Source: Thermoproteota archaeon
GTDB lineage: Archaea > Korarchaeota > Korarchaeia > Korarchaeales > Korarchaeaceae
Assembly (NCBI GenBank): GCA_027491395.1
Contig: JAOZFI010000043.1
Location: 47,502-111,501, forward strand
Direction: 5' to 3'
Length of the DNA stretch: 64,000 bases
Shown here: positions 28,839 through 38,557 of the stretch, piece after piece
How positions within the stretch are numbered: position 1 is the stretch's first letter
Layout: each line of letters opens with the position of its first letter
Notes under the pieces: generated by a model
What the model saw: the letters and a program-made list of their open reading frames with translations, nothing else
What the model was told of the DNA's origin: nothing
The model's database searches: none
Program-made: the position numbers and the translations under genes

Positions 28839-30500
28839 ATGGCCCTAGCGACCATTGGAGGAAGACCCGTTCTGATACTGAAGGAGGGAACCACTAGGAC
28901 CCGGGGTGAGGAGGCTAGGAGGATAAACATAATGGCTGCCCGCGCCATAGCGGATGCCGTGAAGACCACTCTCGGACCTAAGGGAATGGATAAGATGATA
29001 GTCGACTCCCTAGGAGATATAACCATAAGCAACGACGGAGCCACCATCCTTCAGGAGATGGAGGTGGCTCATCCCGCCGCGAAGCTCATGGTCAATCTAG
29101 CCAAGGCTCAGGATAAGGAGGTAGGAGATGGCACCACCACCAGCGTTGTGCTGGCTGGGGAGCTCCTCACCGAGGCCGAGAACCTCCTCCAAAAGGACAT
29201 ACACCCGACCATCATAATAGATGGATATGAGAAGGCCCTCAAGTTCGTGGAGCAGGAGCTGGAGAAGCTGGCCATAGAGGTCAATCCCGACGATGAGGAG
29301 TGGCTGAAGAAGGTCGCCGAGACTGCGATGAGCAGCAAGCTCATAAGTGCTGAGAAGAAGAGGCTGGCAGAGATCGCCGTGAAGGCCGTCAAGGCCGTCG
29401 AGGAGAGGAAGGGAGACAAGAGGTACGTGGATATAGATAATGTGAAGATAGTCAAGAAGAAGGGAGGAAGCCTCTCAGACGCCGAGTTCATAAGGGGCGT
29501 CGTTCTCGACAAGGAGGTAGTCCACAGGGACATGCCCAAGAGGGTGAAGGACGCTAAGATAGCTATACTCAACCTCTCTCTAGAGATAAAGAAGCCCGAA
29601 ATAGACTTGGAGATCCAGATATCCTCGCCCCAAGAGCTCAGGGAGTTCATAGAGCAGGAGACTAGGATACTCAAGGAGAAGGTGGAGAAGATAGCCGCCA
29701 CCGGAGCGAACGTTGTGTTCTGCCAGAAGGGGATAGACGAGGTGGCCCAGCACTTCCTAGCGAAGCACGGCATAATGGCCGTGAGGAGGGTCAGCGAGAA
29801 GGACATGCAGAGGATAGAGAAGGCTACCGGTGGGAAGATAGTGAACAACTTGGACGACCTCACCGAGGCAGAACTGGGTCACGCTGGCTTGGTCGAAGAG
29901 AGGAAGATAGGAGATGACAGGATGATCTTCATACAGGAGTGCGAGAACCCCAAGGCCGTGACCATACTCCTCAGGGCTGGCGCTGACACCATACTGGATG
30001 AAGCCGAGAGGGGACTGAAGGATGCCCTTTACGTGGTGAGGAATGTCGTGGAGGACGGCAAGGTGTTCTATGGAGGCGGCTCCATACAGGCCGAGCTGGC
30101 CCTTAGGCTGAGGGACTATGCCCACACCGAGAAGAGCAAGGAGCAACTGGCCATGGAGGCCTTCGCCAACGCACTAGAGAGTATACCTAGGATACTAGCC
30201 GAGAACTCCGGGATGGACGCCGTGGATGCCTTGGTGGAGATAAGGAACGCCCACAAGTCCGGGAACATATTCGTCGGTATAGATGCGGTGAACAGCAAGA
30301 TAGCGGACATGAAGGAGCTGGGCGTGGTCGACACCTACAGAGGGGTCAAGAACGCCGTAGCTGCTGCCACCGAGACTGCTATACTGATAATTAAGACCGA
30401 TGACATAATAGCGGCGAAGCCCTACGAGGAGAAGGGCAAGGGCAAGGGCGAGGAAGGAGAAGAGGAAGGAGGCAGTGAGTTTAAATCTGAGTTCGACTGA
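28839..30500 (+). CDS. ths: Thermosome (group II chaperonin) subunit
   Basis: TLGPKGMDKM, NDGATIL, GDGTTT, CQKGID, GGG. SD GGAGGTGA upstream. Confidence 0.97.
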   Translation: MALATIGGRPVLILKEGTTRTRGEEARRINIMAARAIADAVKTTLGPKGMDKMIVDSLGDITISNDGATILQEMEVAHPAAKLMVNLAKAQDKEVGDGTTTSVVLAGELLTEAENLLQKDIHPTIIIDGYEKALKFVEQELEKLAIEVNPDDEEWLKKVAETAMSSKLISAEKKRLAEIAVKAVKAVEERKGDKRYVDIDNVKIVKKKGGSLSDAEFIRGVVLDKEVVHRDMPKRVKDAKIAILNLSLEIKKPEIDLEIQISSPQELREFIEQETRILKEKVEKIAATGANVVFCQKGIDEVAQHFLAKHGIMAVRRVSEKDMQRIEKATGGKIVNNLDDLTEAELGHAGLVEERKIGDDRMIFIQECENPKAVTILLRAGADTILDEAERGLKDALYVVRNVVEDGKVFYGGGSIQAELALRLRDYAHTEKSKEQLAMEAFANALESIPRILAENSGMDAVDALVEIRNAHKSGNIFVGIDAVNSKIADMKELGVVDTYRGVKNAVAAATETAILIIKTDDIIAAKPYEEKGKGKGEEGEEEGGSEFKSEFD

Positions 30501-30509
30501 AAACGCGGG

Positions 30510-31394
30510 ATGAAGCTAGTAGACCGGAAAAGTGGAAAGATCCTAGGCATAAACGCCTTCGATCTTTTTTTAATCTTGATAATTATTGCATTCGCTGGCT
30601 ATTATGCCTACGAGAACCTGCTTCCCCCACCCCAAGAGGTCAACGCCTACTCTGGCCTTAATATCAGGAATGCGGCCCTAGAATTCACCAGACTCTCCAC
30701 CATGGGTTACATAGTCGAGGCGAGGATAGACGGGGTGTGGACCGCTAATAGGACGGAGTTCCACGATGATGTTCTCATAACTTGGTCTTACGAGACGAGA
30801 CTCTTCGGATGGTACAAAGGAAGGAGGATAACTATCGGAGGTCCTAACGCCTACGTGGAGGACATAGCCGCCTCGAAGATAACCTTCAAGACGACTGCTC
30901 CCTCGGTCATCAGGATATACACCTACCCGATAAAGGCAGACAGCCTCAGCGAGATAGCGGACAAGTTGGAGGAAATAAGCGGAAAGGTAGCGGGGGAGTA
31001 TGGCGTCAGGGATATAAAAGCTAGGTCCTCGCTGGTCATTGACGTTCCCGGGCTCCAGCCAAACGCATACCTCTACACTCAGCTGAAGTGGAAGATCTAC
31101 GAGAGGATCCCTTGGGGCTTCATCTACGTTTACTTGGGAGATTCCTTCATAACCATGAAGTTCGACTACACGCAGAAGGTGTCCCTCACATCCGATGATC
31201 TAAGGGAGATCGATTCCATACTCAGGGAGCTGGGAGTGAACTACACCAACGCAATGTTGGATGCCGCCTACGTATACATCGGTACGGAGGAACCTCTCAC
31301 AGGGATCTCGGTATACGCCAACCTGTTAGATAACGCGAGACCCCTATCTGATGCCATAGATGTGACTAGGCTGACGTTCATCCCCAAGCCATAG
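30510..31394 (+). CDS. Membrane-anchored hypothetical protein with DUF4330-like N-terminus
   Basis: MKLVDRKSGKILGINAFDLFLILIII anchor followed by a soluble domain. Confidence 0.55.
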   Translation: MKLVDRKSGKILGINAFDLFLILIIIAFAGYYAYENLLPPPQEVNAYSGLNIRNAALEFTRLSTMGYIVEARIDGVWTANRTEFHDDVLITWSYETRLFGWYKGRRITIGGPNAYVEDIAASKITFKTTAPSVIRIYTYPIKADSLSEIADKLEEISGKVAGEYGVRDIKARSSLVIDVPGLQPNAYLYTQLKWKIYERIPWGFIYVYLGDSFITMKFDYTQKVSLTSDDLREIDSILRELGVNYTNAMLDAAYVYIGTEEPLTGISVYANLLDNARPLSDAIDVTRLTFIPKP

Positions 31395-31404
31395 GGGGGT
31401 CGTT

Positions 31405-32706
31405 TTGCTAGTTTCCTTCCTATTGAGATCGTTCAATACCTCCATCTTGGGGAGGATGTGGCGGAGGCTCGGCATACCCGAACTGGTCAGAACCAGTCTA
31501 ACCTACAAGCTCCTCGTCGCCTCATATGAAATCCTCTCGTCAGCAGCTCGGTCCTCCATCTTCCTGAGAGCCCTCGAGAGGATCTGCAACTTCATTAACT
31601 CAATCATCTCAGGGATAAGCATGCTACCGCGTTGGAGGATGGATCTCCCGGTGGAGAGGTTAGTAGGGATACTGCTCTCTCCGTGGATGCTCCCTATGGG
31701 TCTTCTCATGTTCTTCTGGTCGTCGATGGTCCGGGTCTCAACCCCAACCATGATCCTAATTTATTTCACCGCACTCGTGATGGCCTCGGGGATATTCCTA
31801 GCCTATAAGGAGGAAGACCTTCGCGTTATCGATAACAGGGGGAAAGTTGTCCTCCTAGGTGCCGCCATGTTCCTGCTAGGTTATATAGCTTTCATAATAC
31901 AGATATCTAGGGTGGGAGGCCTCCCTCTCTTGAACGATGAACTCAGGAGGGGTTTGTCTCCTCTCCTCAACTACTTGGCTTGGACCACCGTTCCCGGCAC
32001 TGCATTTCTCCTTTCCTCGTTGGATTTGAGGAAATGCGAGGCCTACTCATTGACCCTGATGGGGTTTATTCCCTCGTTTTTCTTGGCCTTCAGGACTGAG
32101 ATGATAGCTTATATATTGATGGCCCTCGTCGTCCTTTATCACAGGAAGGTGGTCGACTACAAACAAGTTTTCCTAGGACTACTGGTGGCTGCCGCTTTTT
32201 TCCTTGGAGTAGGTGCGATCAGATCGCTGACCACGGGTCTGGCCCAGAACCCACTTCTCTCGGTTCTCTACAGGCCGACCATCACGATAGCGGCCCTCGA
32301 CACGATAGTCAGGCTCTACGCCCTAAGACCGGTTACCGGTGGGTGGGTGCATCTAGCAGCTCTATCCTCATTAGGACTAATCAGGGGTACGCGTTACGGC
32401 CCTAGAACCCTGATAAGCATCTATGTAGGAGGCAGGAGAACCGTGTCCACCACGGCGACCTTGATAGGCGGGCCTCTCTTGGACTGGGGGATATTAGGAG
32501 CGGTAGCAGCTTCCCTCATTTTCTCTTACCTACTGGCCCTAGCTTACAGGTTCTCCAAGAAAGCGGACTACCTGCTCGGCCCCTATTCTGTGCTGTTCGC
32601 CTACTTGGTCGTCGGGATAGAGACGGGGATACTGGATATCAACGTATACCTCTACCTCCTTATTGCCGTGATGGTTCTTCTCACCTCCCTGAGGCCGGAG
32701 AAATGA
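31405..32706 (+). CDS. Putative oligosaccharide repeat-unit (Wzy/O-antigen) polymerase
   Basis: Multi-TM. GGLPLLNDELRR, FRT, GPRTLIS, TTATLIGGPLLDWGILG, GIETG resemble the archaeal O-antigen polymerase family. Confidence 0.65.
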   Translation: MLVSFLLRSFNTSILGRMWRRLGIPELVRTSLTYKLLVASYEILSSAARSSIFLRALERICNFINSIISGISMLPRWRMDLPVERLVGILLSPWMLPMGLLMFFWSSMVRVSTPTMILIYFTALVMASGIFLAYKEEDLRVIDNRGKVVLLGAAMFLLGYIAFIIQISRVGGLPLLNDELRRGLSPLLNYLAWTTVPGTAFLLSSLDLRKCEAYSLTLMGFIPSFFLAFRTEMIAYILMALVVLYHRKVVDYKQVFLGLLVAAAFFLGVGAIRSLTTGLAQNPLLSVLYRPTITIAALDTIVRLYALRPVTGGWVHLAALSSLGLIRGTRYGPRTLISIYVGGRRTVSTTATLIGGPLLDWGILGAVAASLIFSYLLALAYRFSKKADYLLGPYSVLFAYLVVGIETGILDINVYLYLLIAVMVLLTSLRPEK

Positions 32707-33878
32707 GGTCGCTCAGAGAAGTGATATACCCCGTCTCAGTGCACCCCACGATAGGCATACTTATGATCCTAGTGGCGATCCTCCTACTGGGCTCCCGAAG
32801 TTACGGGCTGGATTACGGGTGGGTGACGGTATCTGGGTTGGGCATTCTAGCCTTCCAATTAGGTACACTCACTGCCTCCACGGTCAGCGGCAGAAAATTA
32901 CACGGGATATCACTCATCATCGGTGAAGTCTTGGTGATCATCCTGTTGGGGGTCTCCTTCAGGGAGATAACCCCTCTCCACCACCTAATAGCCTTGATAT
33001 GGGTGGCCACGATCAACTTGGCTGCCTATATCATTGCACACAGCAAGGGCGAGACACCCATCTTCCAGCTACTGGTTTACGCCTCCGGAACCTTCTTCGT
33101 CGTGCACTCATTCCTCCAATACGGGGACTGGGAGATCATTAGGGAGCTACCTCTCACTCCCGTAGAGGGAGCCTTCGGGATGTTCCTGATCTTCATTTCC
33201 TACCCAAGCCTGTTGTGGAGGTTGATAGAAGGCGGACGCAGGCTCCTTCCTTGGGCCTTCCTGTCCCTGACCTCCGGCTTGATGGTGCTCCATGGATTCA
33301 GGGCGGATGTATTCCTGGTGATCCTGTCCACCTCCCTGCTTCTGGTCAGGAGGAAGGATCCCAAGGGCTTTGCACTCATGGTTATCCTCCTAGGATTGTT
33401 CGTCGCCGTCGGGGAGGTGAGATCGTACGTTCACGTGCCAACCTATGAGAGGGTTGCTTTCAGGCTTGCAACTACCTACTATTACTCTAAAGAGTTGTGT
33501 AGCTACTTCCTGACACCACTACCTGCATACGGGCCCTTCTGGCTCTCATCCATACCCCTGCATCCATCGCAATCCTTGGGTAGGGGGATCTTCGGCAAGG
33601 CCTACGGGATCACGCCCACCATGTTCATCGGCCTGCTTGTGGATCTGGGCCTAATAGGCATGACGGTCTTCTCCGTGCTGATGGGGTTTCTCTCGGGATA
33701 CAGCTACCGCCTATCAATGGAAGGAGGAAACGACTTATTCTCGTACAACATAATATGGCCTATACTCATCACGAGGGCTGAGATAGGCTTCAGCCAGCTG
33801 GATATAGCCCTCATAGCTGGCTCGGTGGTGTTCGCCTCCTTAGCCAATCTTATTAATGGGAGTGATCAAGCTAGCTAG
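32703..33878 (+). CDS. Second putative Wzy-like polymerase, paralog of the upstream gene
   Basis: Multi-TM. GFRA, ITPTMFIGLLVDLGLIG and AEIG parallel the motifs of the upstream gene. 4-bp overlap. Confidence 0.55.
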   Translation: MRSLREVIYPVSVHPTIGILMILVAILLLGSRSYGLDYGWVTVSGLGILAFQLGTLTASTVSGRKLHGISLIIGEVLVIILLGVSFREITPLHHLIALIWVATINLAAYIIAHSKGETPIFQLLVYASGTFFVVHSFLQYGDWEIIRELPLTPVEGAFGMFLIFISYPSLLWRLIEGGRRLLPWAFLSLTSGLMVLHGFRADVFLVILSTSLLLVRRKDPKGFALMVILLGLFVAVGEVRSYVHVPTYERVAFRLATTYYYSKELCSYFLTPLPAYGPFWLSSIPLHPSQSLGRGIFGKAYGITPTMFIGLLVDLGLIGMTVFSVLMGFLSGYSYRLSMEGGNDLFSYNIIWPILITRAEIGFSQLDIALIAGSVVFASLANLINGSDQAS

Positions 33879-33891
33879 GTGAAGTGGGAAC

Positions 33892-34296
33892 ATGCCGTAC
33901 TACTACCACGGTCCAGTAATGCCCGGAGGTAGGAAGCCTACCGGTGGTAAGGTAAGGAAGAGTAGAGGGAAGAGGAGAAGAGAGGCCGGTAGACCGCCAG
34001 CGTTCACGGTAGTGGGAGCTAGGAAGCTCAAGCCCATCAGGATAATGGGCGGTGGAAGGAAGCTCAGGCTGGTATCCGATCACGAGGTCAACGTGGCGCT
34101 TGGCGATGGAACCACAAAGAAGGTGAAGATACTAGATGTGATGGAGAACCCGGCCAGCAAGGTGCTGACTAGGAGGAAGATAATAACGAGGGGAGCGCTG
34201 GTCAAGACCGAGCTGGGCTTGGTGAGGATAACATCTAAGCCTGGCCAGCACGGGATCCTGAACGGGGTTCTACTGAGGGAAGAGGTTGCCTCGTAA
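33892..34296 (+). CDS. rps8e: 30S ribosomal protein eS8
   Basis: RKPTGGK, GGGRKLR, NPA, IITRGALV, TSKPGQHGILNG. Confidence 0.95.
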   Translation: MPYYYHGPVMPGGRKPTGGKVRKSRGKRRREAGRPPAFTVVGARKLKPIRIMGGGRKLRLVSDHEVNVALGDGTTKKVKILDVMENPASKVLTRRKIITRGALVKTELGLVRITSKPGQHGILNGVLLREEVAS

Positions 34297-34567
34297 GGGT
34301 CCCAAGGTAATATATCCCTCCTATTTCGATTCTAGGTTGAGCAGGTCCGAGGGCAGGAGGGTACCTCGCTCCCTTGCTGTGAGGAAGCCGACCCTCCAAG
34401 ATTTGGTGAGCGCCCTGAAACACCTCTCCTTGGAGTACGAGGTGGAGGAGAAGCACAGGCCCTCGAGATGGTACAGGTTCGAGGGGAGGGTGAAGGTGGT
34501 CTACCAAGGAAGCAAGGAGGAACTCCTTAAGAAAGTGGCCGAGACAATCAGGAGGTCTAGGAAGTGA
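34286..34567 (+). CDS. srp19: Signal recognition particle protein SRP19
   Basis: IYPSYFDSRLSRSEGRRVP, GRVKV, KEELLKKVA. Confidence 0.92.
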   Translation: MPRKGPKVIYPSYFDSRLSRSEGRRVPRSLAVRKPTLQDLVSALKHLSLEYEVEEKHRPSRWYRFEGRVKVVYQGSKEELLKKVAETIRRSRK

Positions 34568-34842
34568 GGGTGCTGGGAGAGGTCGTGAAACTGACTAGAT
34601 CTAGGAACTTCCTAGTGAAGATGAAGCCCCCGGTCAAGGAAGACCTTAAGGACAAGAGGGTCGTCTCCGAGGATCTGCTCCTCGTTGGGGTGGTCAGCGA
34701 CGTAATAGGACCGGTTCACGAGCCGTACGCGCTGGTGAAGATCGTGTTACCCCTGGACAAGGCCAAGGAATTCGTGGGTAAGAGGCTGTACTTGGTGGAG
34801 CGTAGGGAGGAGAGCAGGCTCATAATCTACCCAGATACCTGA
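34564..34842 (+). CDS. gar1: H/ACA RNP protein Gar1
   Basis: VGVVSDVIGPVHEPYALVK. Conserved S8e-SRP19-Gar1 context. Confidence 0.85.
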   Translation: MRVLGEVVKLTRSRNFLVKMKPPVKEDLKDKRVVSEDLLLVGVVSDVIGPVHEPYALVKIVLPLDKAKEFVGKRLYLVERREESRLIIYPDT

Positions 34843-35362
34843 GGATCCTCTCTACGAGCTTCTCCGCAACTCTCTCAGCCACCCCCCTCTCTATCCAGAG
34901 GACCTCCGATAGAGAGCATATTTCCTCAACGAATTTGATTTTGGAGATGGGAGCGGTGCCGAGAGCCGCCCTATCCGACCTCCACAGCTTCCTCACGACC
35001 TCCACGAACCTATCCGAGAACAGTTCCATCTTACCGATCTCATCAACCAAGACTAGGTCGCATTCCCTTATCGAGTTCTCCAAGGCAGGAATTGCCACCT
35101 TCTCAAAGAGATCTATTCTGACACCATATTTGGAGATTTTAGGACCATCCCTGTAGCTGACAGAGGCGAACAGGGATCTCTCCCCCGTCAGCAGGTTCTC
35201 CACCTCAAATCCTATTCTCCTTCCTCCAGACCTGACCTCTGGAGTCCTTATTCCCCCTACTCTCACTCCTAGGTTCTCTAAACGCTCCTTTACTATCATA
35301 ATGGCCGTAGATTTTCCAGATCCCGGTTTACCCCTTATAATATACTTACCCTCCCTCCCCAT
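34820..35362 (-). CDS. NTPase (THEP1/NTPase_1 family)
   Basis: GKPGSGKST, TPEVR.GGRRIGF, KYGV, VDEIGKMEL. ATG start at 35362. Confidence 0.9.
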   Translation of the reverse strand: MGREGKYIIRGKPGSGKSTAIMIVKERLENLGVRVGGIRTPEVRSGGRRIGFEVENLLTGERSLFASVSYRDGPKISKYGVRIDLFEKVAIPALENSIRECDLVLVDEIGKMELFSDRFVEVVRKLWRSDRAALGTAPISKIKFVEEICSLSEVLWIERGVAERVAEKLVERILRYLGRL

Positions 35363-36494
35363 GATGGAACCCTCGCTCAGCATACCGCTCAAGCTATATA
35401 GGGAGGGAAGCGTGGTCTTCTACTCCACAGACTTGGGACACTTGGAGAGAATGGGCCTGTCCTACACGAAGGCACCGGTGTTTTACAACCCGAGAATGAA
35501 ACTGAATAGGGACATCACAATCTCAATCGTCAGGTCCGTGAACATGGGGAGCGCCGCCGATCTCATGGCAGCATCGGGGGTCAGGGCCCTCAGACTGGCG
35601 GTTGAGGGAGGCATCGATGAGGTGCTGGCCAACGACTCCAACTGCTTGGCAGTCCATGTGATAAAGCTGAATGCGAGGCTCAATGGGGTGAGGATCAGGG
35701 CGACCTGCTCAGATGCAAGGCTGGAAGCTGAGAAGCTCGCGTGGGAGGGAAATAGACCCCATTATTTGGATCTAGACCCTTTCGGTTCCCCAGCTCCCTA
35801 CATGGATTCCTTCCTGAGGGCCGTCAAGAGGGGTGGTCTGTTGGGGGTCACGGCCACGGACACCCCGCCCCTGTTCGGCATCTACCCGGACAAGCTGTTC
35901 AGGTACTACGGAGTGTGGGGGAGGAAGCTCCCCTTTCACAAGGAGTTCGGGATACGCGCTTTGATTTCCTTCACCGTCAGAGTAGCAGCTAGGCTCGACC
36001 TCGTAGCCAGACCTCTGCTCTCCTACGGGAGGGAGCATTACGTCAGGGTGTTCTTCTCCATCGATAGGGGACCTTCGGCCTCTAGCCGACAGCTCAGGGA
36101 ATCTCTGGGCTGGGTGGAGACCTGCAACGGGGAGCATGTGATCCACAAGGGGGTCGATCTGCCCAATGCTGAATGCGGGGAACTGCTAGGTCCCTTGTGG
36201 CTGGATGAGATCACGGATCCGCGATTCTTGGATGGGGTGACACCGATCAACGAGGAAGTTGAACGCCTTCTGAACGCTCTAAGAGAGGAGTCTGGAGGCC
36301 CTCCCTTCTACTACATGCTCGATGACATCTGCTCACGCTTACGCGTTAAAATGCCCAAAGTGAGCGATATCGTCGCTACCTTAAGGGAAAGAGGATATTT
36401 CGCTGCTAGGACGCATTTGGAACCTCTTGGGGTGAAGACGACAGCGAGCAGGGCTGAGATAGATGAAATAGTTAAGGAGATCACAGCTTCCTGA
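35361..36494 (+). CDS. trm1: tRNA (guanine26-N2)-dimethyltransferase
   Basis: VFYNPRMKLNRD, ASGVRALR, DLDPFGSP, VTATD, GPLW, RTH. Confidence 0.95.
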   Translation: MMEPSLSIPLKLYREGSVVFYSTDLGHLERMGLSYTKAPVFYNPRMKLNRDITISIVRSVNMGSAADLMAASGVRALRLAVEGGIDEVLANDSNCLAVHVIKLNARLNGVRIRATCSDARLEAEKLAWEGNRPHYLDLDPFGSPAPYMDSFLRAVKRGGLLGVTATDTPPLFGIYPDKLFRYYGVWGRKLPFHKEFGIRALISFTVRVAARLDLVARPLLSYGREHYVRVFFSIDRGPSASSRQLRESLGWVETCNGEHVIHKGVDLPNAECGELLGPLWLDEITDPRFLDGVTPINEEVERLLNALREESGGPPFYYMLDDICSRLRVKMPKVSDIVATLRERGYFAARTHLEPLGVKTTASRAEIDEIVKEITAS

Positions 36495-37164
36495 AGACCA
36501 TCATTGCATGCTTGGGGTCGTAGGGAGAGAGATCAACGGTCTCCAGCAACTTATATCTCCCAGTGGAGGTGACCTCCTTCTCGACAAGCCTATAGACCTT
36601 CTTGGGCGGGAGGGTTACATCTATACTGCTGGCTTTGACGGCTATCATAGCCACACCACCCTTCCTTAGGAAGATATCAGCGTTCTTCACTAGTATGCTG
36701 GCCTGATCGGGCTGTGCTACATCCTCGTACACTACATCCACCTCGGAGACGATCCAAGAGTAGCTTTGAGGCCTTCTAGCACTTTCCATGATTGGTACGA
36801 TGTTCCTCCTCACCTTAGCCACTCCTAGAAGATCTCTGAGAACCCTATGAGCTATCTCCACACCGAATATGATCCCATCATCTTCAATTACGTCGCTCAC
36901 ATGCGAGGCGGTCGTTCCCGATGCAATGCCCAAGTACAGGACCTTGGTCCCCCTCCTGAAAGGGAAGTTCTTCAGGCCCTTGTATATGGCCGCTGCTAGC
37001 TTTGACCTGTAGGGGTTCCATATCCTGTACTCCTCTCCCTTGATCTGCCTCGCAATTTCATCGTAGACCCTGTGACCCGGGGCTATGCTCTTAGTGGCCA
37101 ATTGCTTCTTACCATTTATTATCCAGAACAGGTTTCGGAACTTCTGGTCCTCCCTAACCCTCAT
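36481..37164 (-). CDS. flpA: Fibrillarin (C/D box 2'-O-methyltransferase)
   Basis: YRIWNPYRSKLAAA, VLYLGIASGTTASHVSD, DVAQPDQ. Confidence 0.96.
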   Translation of the reverse strand: MRVREDQKFRNLFWIINGKKQLATKSIAPGHRVYDEIARQIKGEEYRIWNPYRSKLAAAIYKGLKNFPFRRGTKVLYLGIASGTTASHVSDVIEDDGIIFGVEIAHRVLRDLLGVAKVRRNIVPIMESARRPQSYSWIVSEVDVVYEDVAQPDQASILVKNADIFLRKGGVAMIAVKASSIDVTLPPKKVYRLVEKEVTSTGRYKLLETVDLSPYDPKHAMMVFRKL

Positions 37165-38300
37165 TTCCTACCACCCCTGCCCAAGATCTCCCTCAACTTC
37201 TCGTCTATCTCCTTCCTTAACTCGTCTCCCACGTATCTGCCATCTCCAAAGGCATCCACTCTAGCAGCTATGGCTATCTTGGTTGCCAGCAGTCTTGCGA
37301 CCTTCCCCCTCAGCTTCTTAGGTGCGGTCCTCACCTCCTTGGCTTGGAAGAGTACGCCGTGCTTCGGGGGCTTGGCTCCCTTAACTAGGTGCATGAAGAT
37401 GGCCTTGTGGGCACCCAATATCTGGATGGAACTGGCTGGTAGGCTTGCAAGCCTGTTCAGACCTCCAGCCACGGCTATGAGTCTAGCCCCTACAAGCGGA
37501 TGAACGACCGCGGATAGGTTGGGAGCGGCGCGCTTCATGAGGTCCTCTATGAAGGCCTCCACCATCTTCCTAGATTCGTAAAGGGATGTCCAATTCTCAG
37601 CGACCTTCCTCAACATCTCAAGGTCGCTCTCCTCGAAATCGGCCCCTATCGAATTTCTCGCAGCCTCCATAACCTGTCTAGCCTTGGCATCGCTTAACCC
37701 AGCCTTCTTCAGTATTTCTAAGGTCATTTTTCTCCTGTCAGGCTGTAGGGAAACCACCTTCATGAACAGCGGATGGTCCTCCACCAAATCATTCAGCTCT
37801 GGGAAGTGAATTGAGTACCACTCTTTGATGGCCGGGGCTAGGACATTCAATGCCTTGTTAGCGTGATCGATGTAGTCTATGGCTTTTATGACCTGCTGAT
37901 CCAGAGAGCTCAGCTGCTTCTTTATCCCGATCCTCGTAAGCTCTATTCCTATCTCATTAAGCATCCTGAAGTAATCCTTCTGTTTCACTACCCCCCATAT
38001 CTGGGAGGCGTAGCGGTGAGGCGTCCTTCTCAGCTGGAGGAAGGCCTCCTCGGCTGGTGAGAGTATCGATTTGATGTCCGCTTTATTCAACAGGTCCTTC
38101 AGTATCTGATCGCTTACTACGAGCTCATCAGCTTTCAAACCGGCGAGCAGTTTCCTGAGAGGCTCTTCTAGCAAGCTCTCGTCAGTCAATATGCTGGCGA
38201 TCTTCTCAGGATCCTTGGGAAATCCCCAAGACTTCAGGACCTTGCCCTTATGATCAAGCAGTAGGATTCCATAGGGTTGGAGGGCCAAGAATGCTCGCAA
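37161..38300 (-). CDS. nop5: C/D box RNP protein Nop5 (Nop56/58)
   Basis: EWYSIHFPEL, APNL, GARLI, PASSIQILGA, PPKHGVLFQ, RGKVARLLA. Confidence 0.95.
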   Translation of the reverse strand: MRAFLALQPYGILLLDHKGKVLKSWGFPKDPEKIASILTDESLLEEPLRKLLAGLKADELVVSDQILKDLLNKADIKSILSPAEEAFLQLRRTPHRYASQIWGVVKQKDYFRMLNEIGIELTRIGIKKQLSSLDQQVIKAIDYIDHANKALNVLAPAIKEWYSIHFPELNDLVEDHPLFMKVVSLQPDRRKMTLEILKKAGLSDAKARQVMEAARNSIGADFEESDLEMLRKVAENWTSLYESRKMVEAFIEDLMKRAAPNLSAVVHPLVGARLIAVAGGLNRLASLPASSIQILGAHKAIFMHLVKGAKPPKHGVLFQAKEVRTAPKKLRGKVARLLATKIAIAARVDAFGDGRYVGDELRKEIDEKLREILGRGGRK

Positions 38301-38342
38301 GTTATCTCCCTTCGAAGTAGGACCGGTGTCCTAAAAAATCTC

Positions 38343-38510
38343 TTATATCGGATGCTGTCCGGGCTTCCTTCCGAGTATGAACCTCTTGCGGTAAATGCTC
38401 TTTATCCTCACCCTAGGAACAGGACTCCTCCTAGGTCTAGCCTCAACCTTCGGGGTGAGAGATCTGACCTTCCCGGCCTTATTCAACGCACCGTGAGTCC
38501 CTCTCGGCAT
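38343..38510 (-). CDS. rps30e: 30S ribosomal protein eS30 (missing from the ORF track)
   Basis: Manual translation MPRGTHGALNKAGKVRSLTPKVEARPRRSPVPRVRIKSIYRKRFILGRKPGQHPI* (55 aa). Carries the HG.L.KAGKVR..TPK signature. Confidence 0.93.
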   Translation of the reverse strand: MPRGTHGALNKAGKVRSLTPKVEARPRRSPVPRVRIKSIYRKRFILGRKPGQHPI

Positions 38511-38557
38511 ACTTTTACCACCGCTTTGAATACGATCCGTCCGATTAATATACCTTA

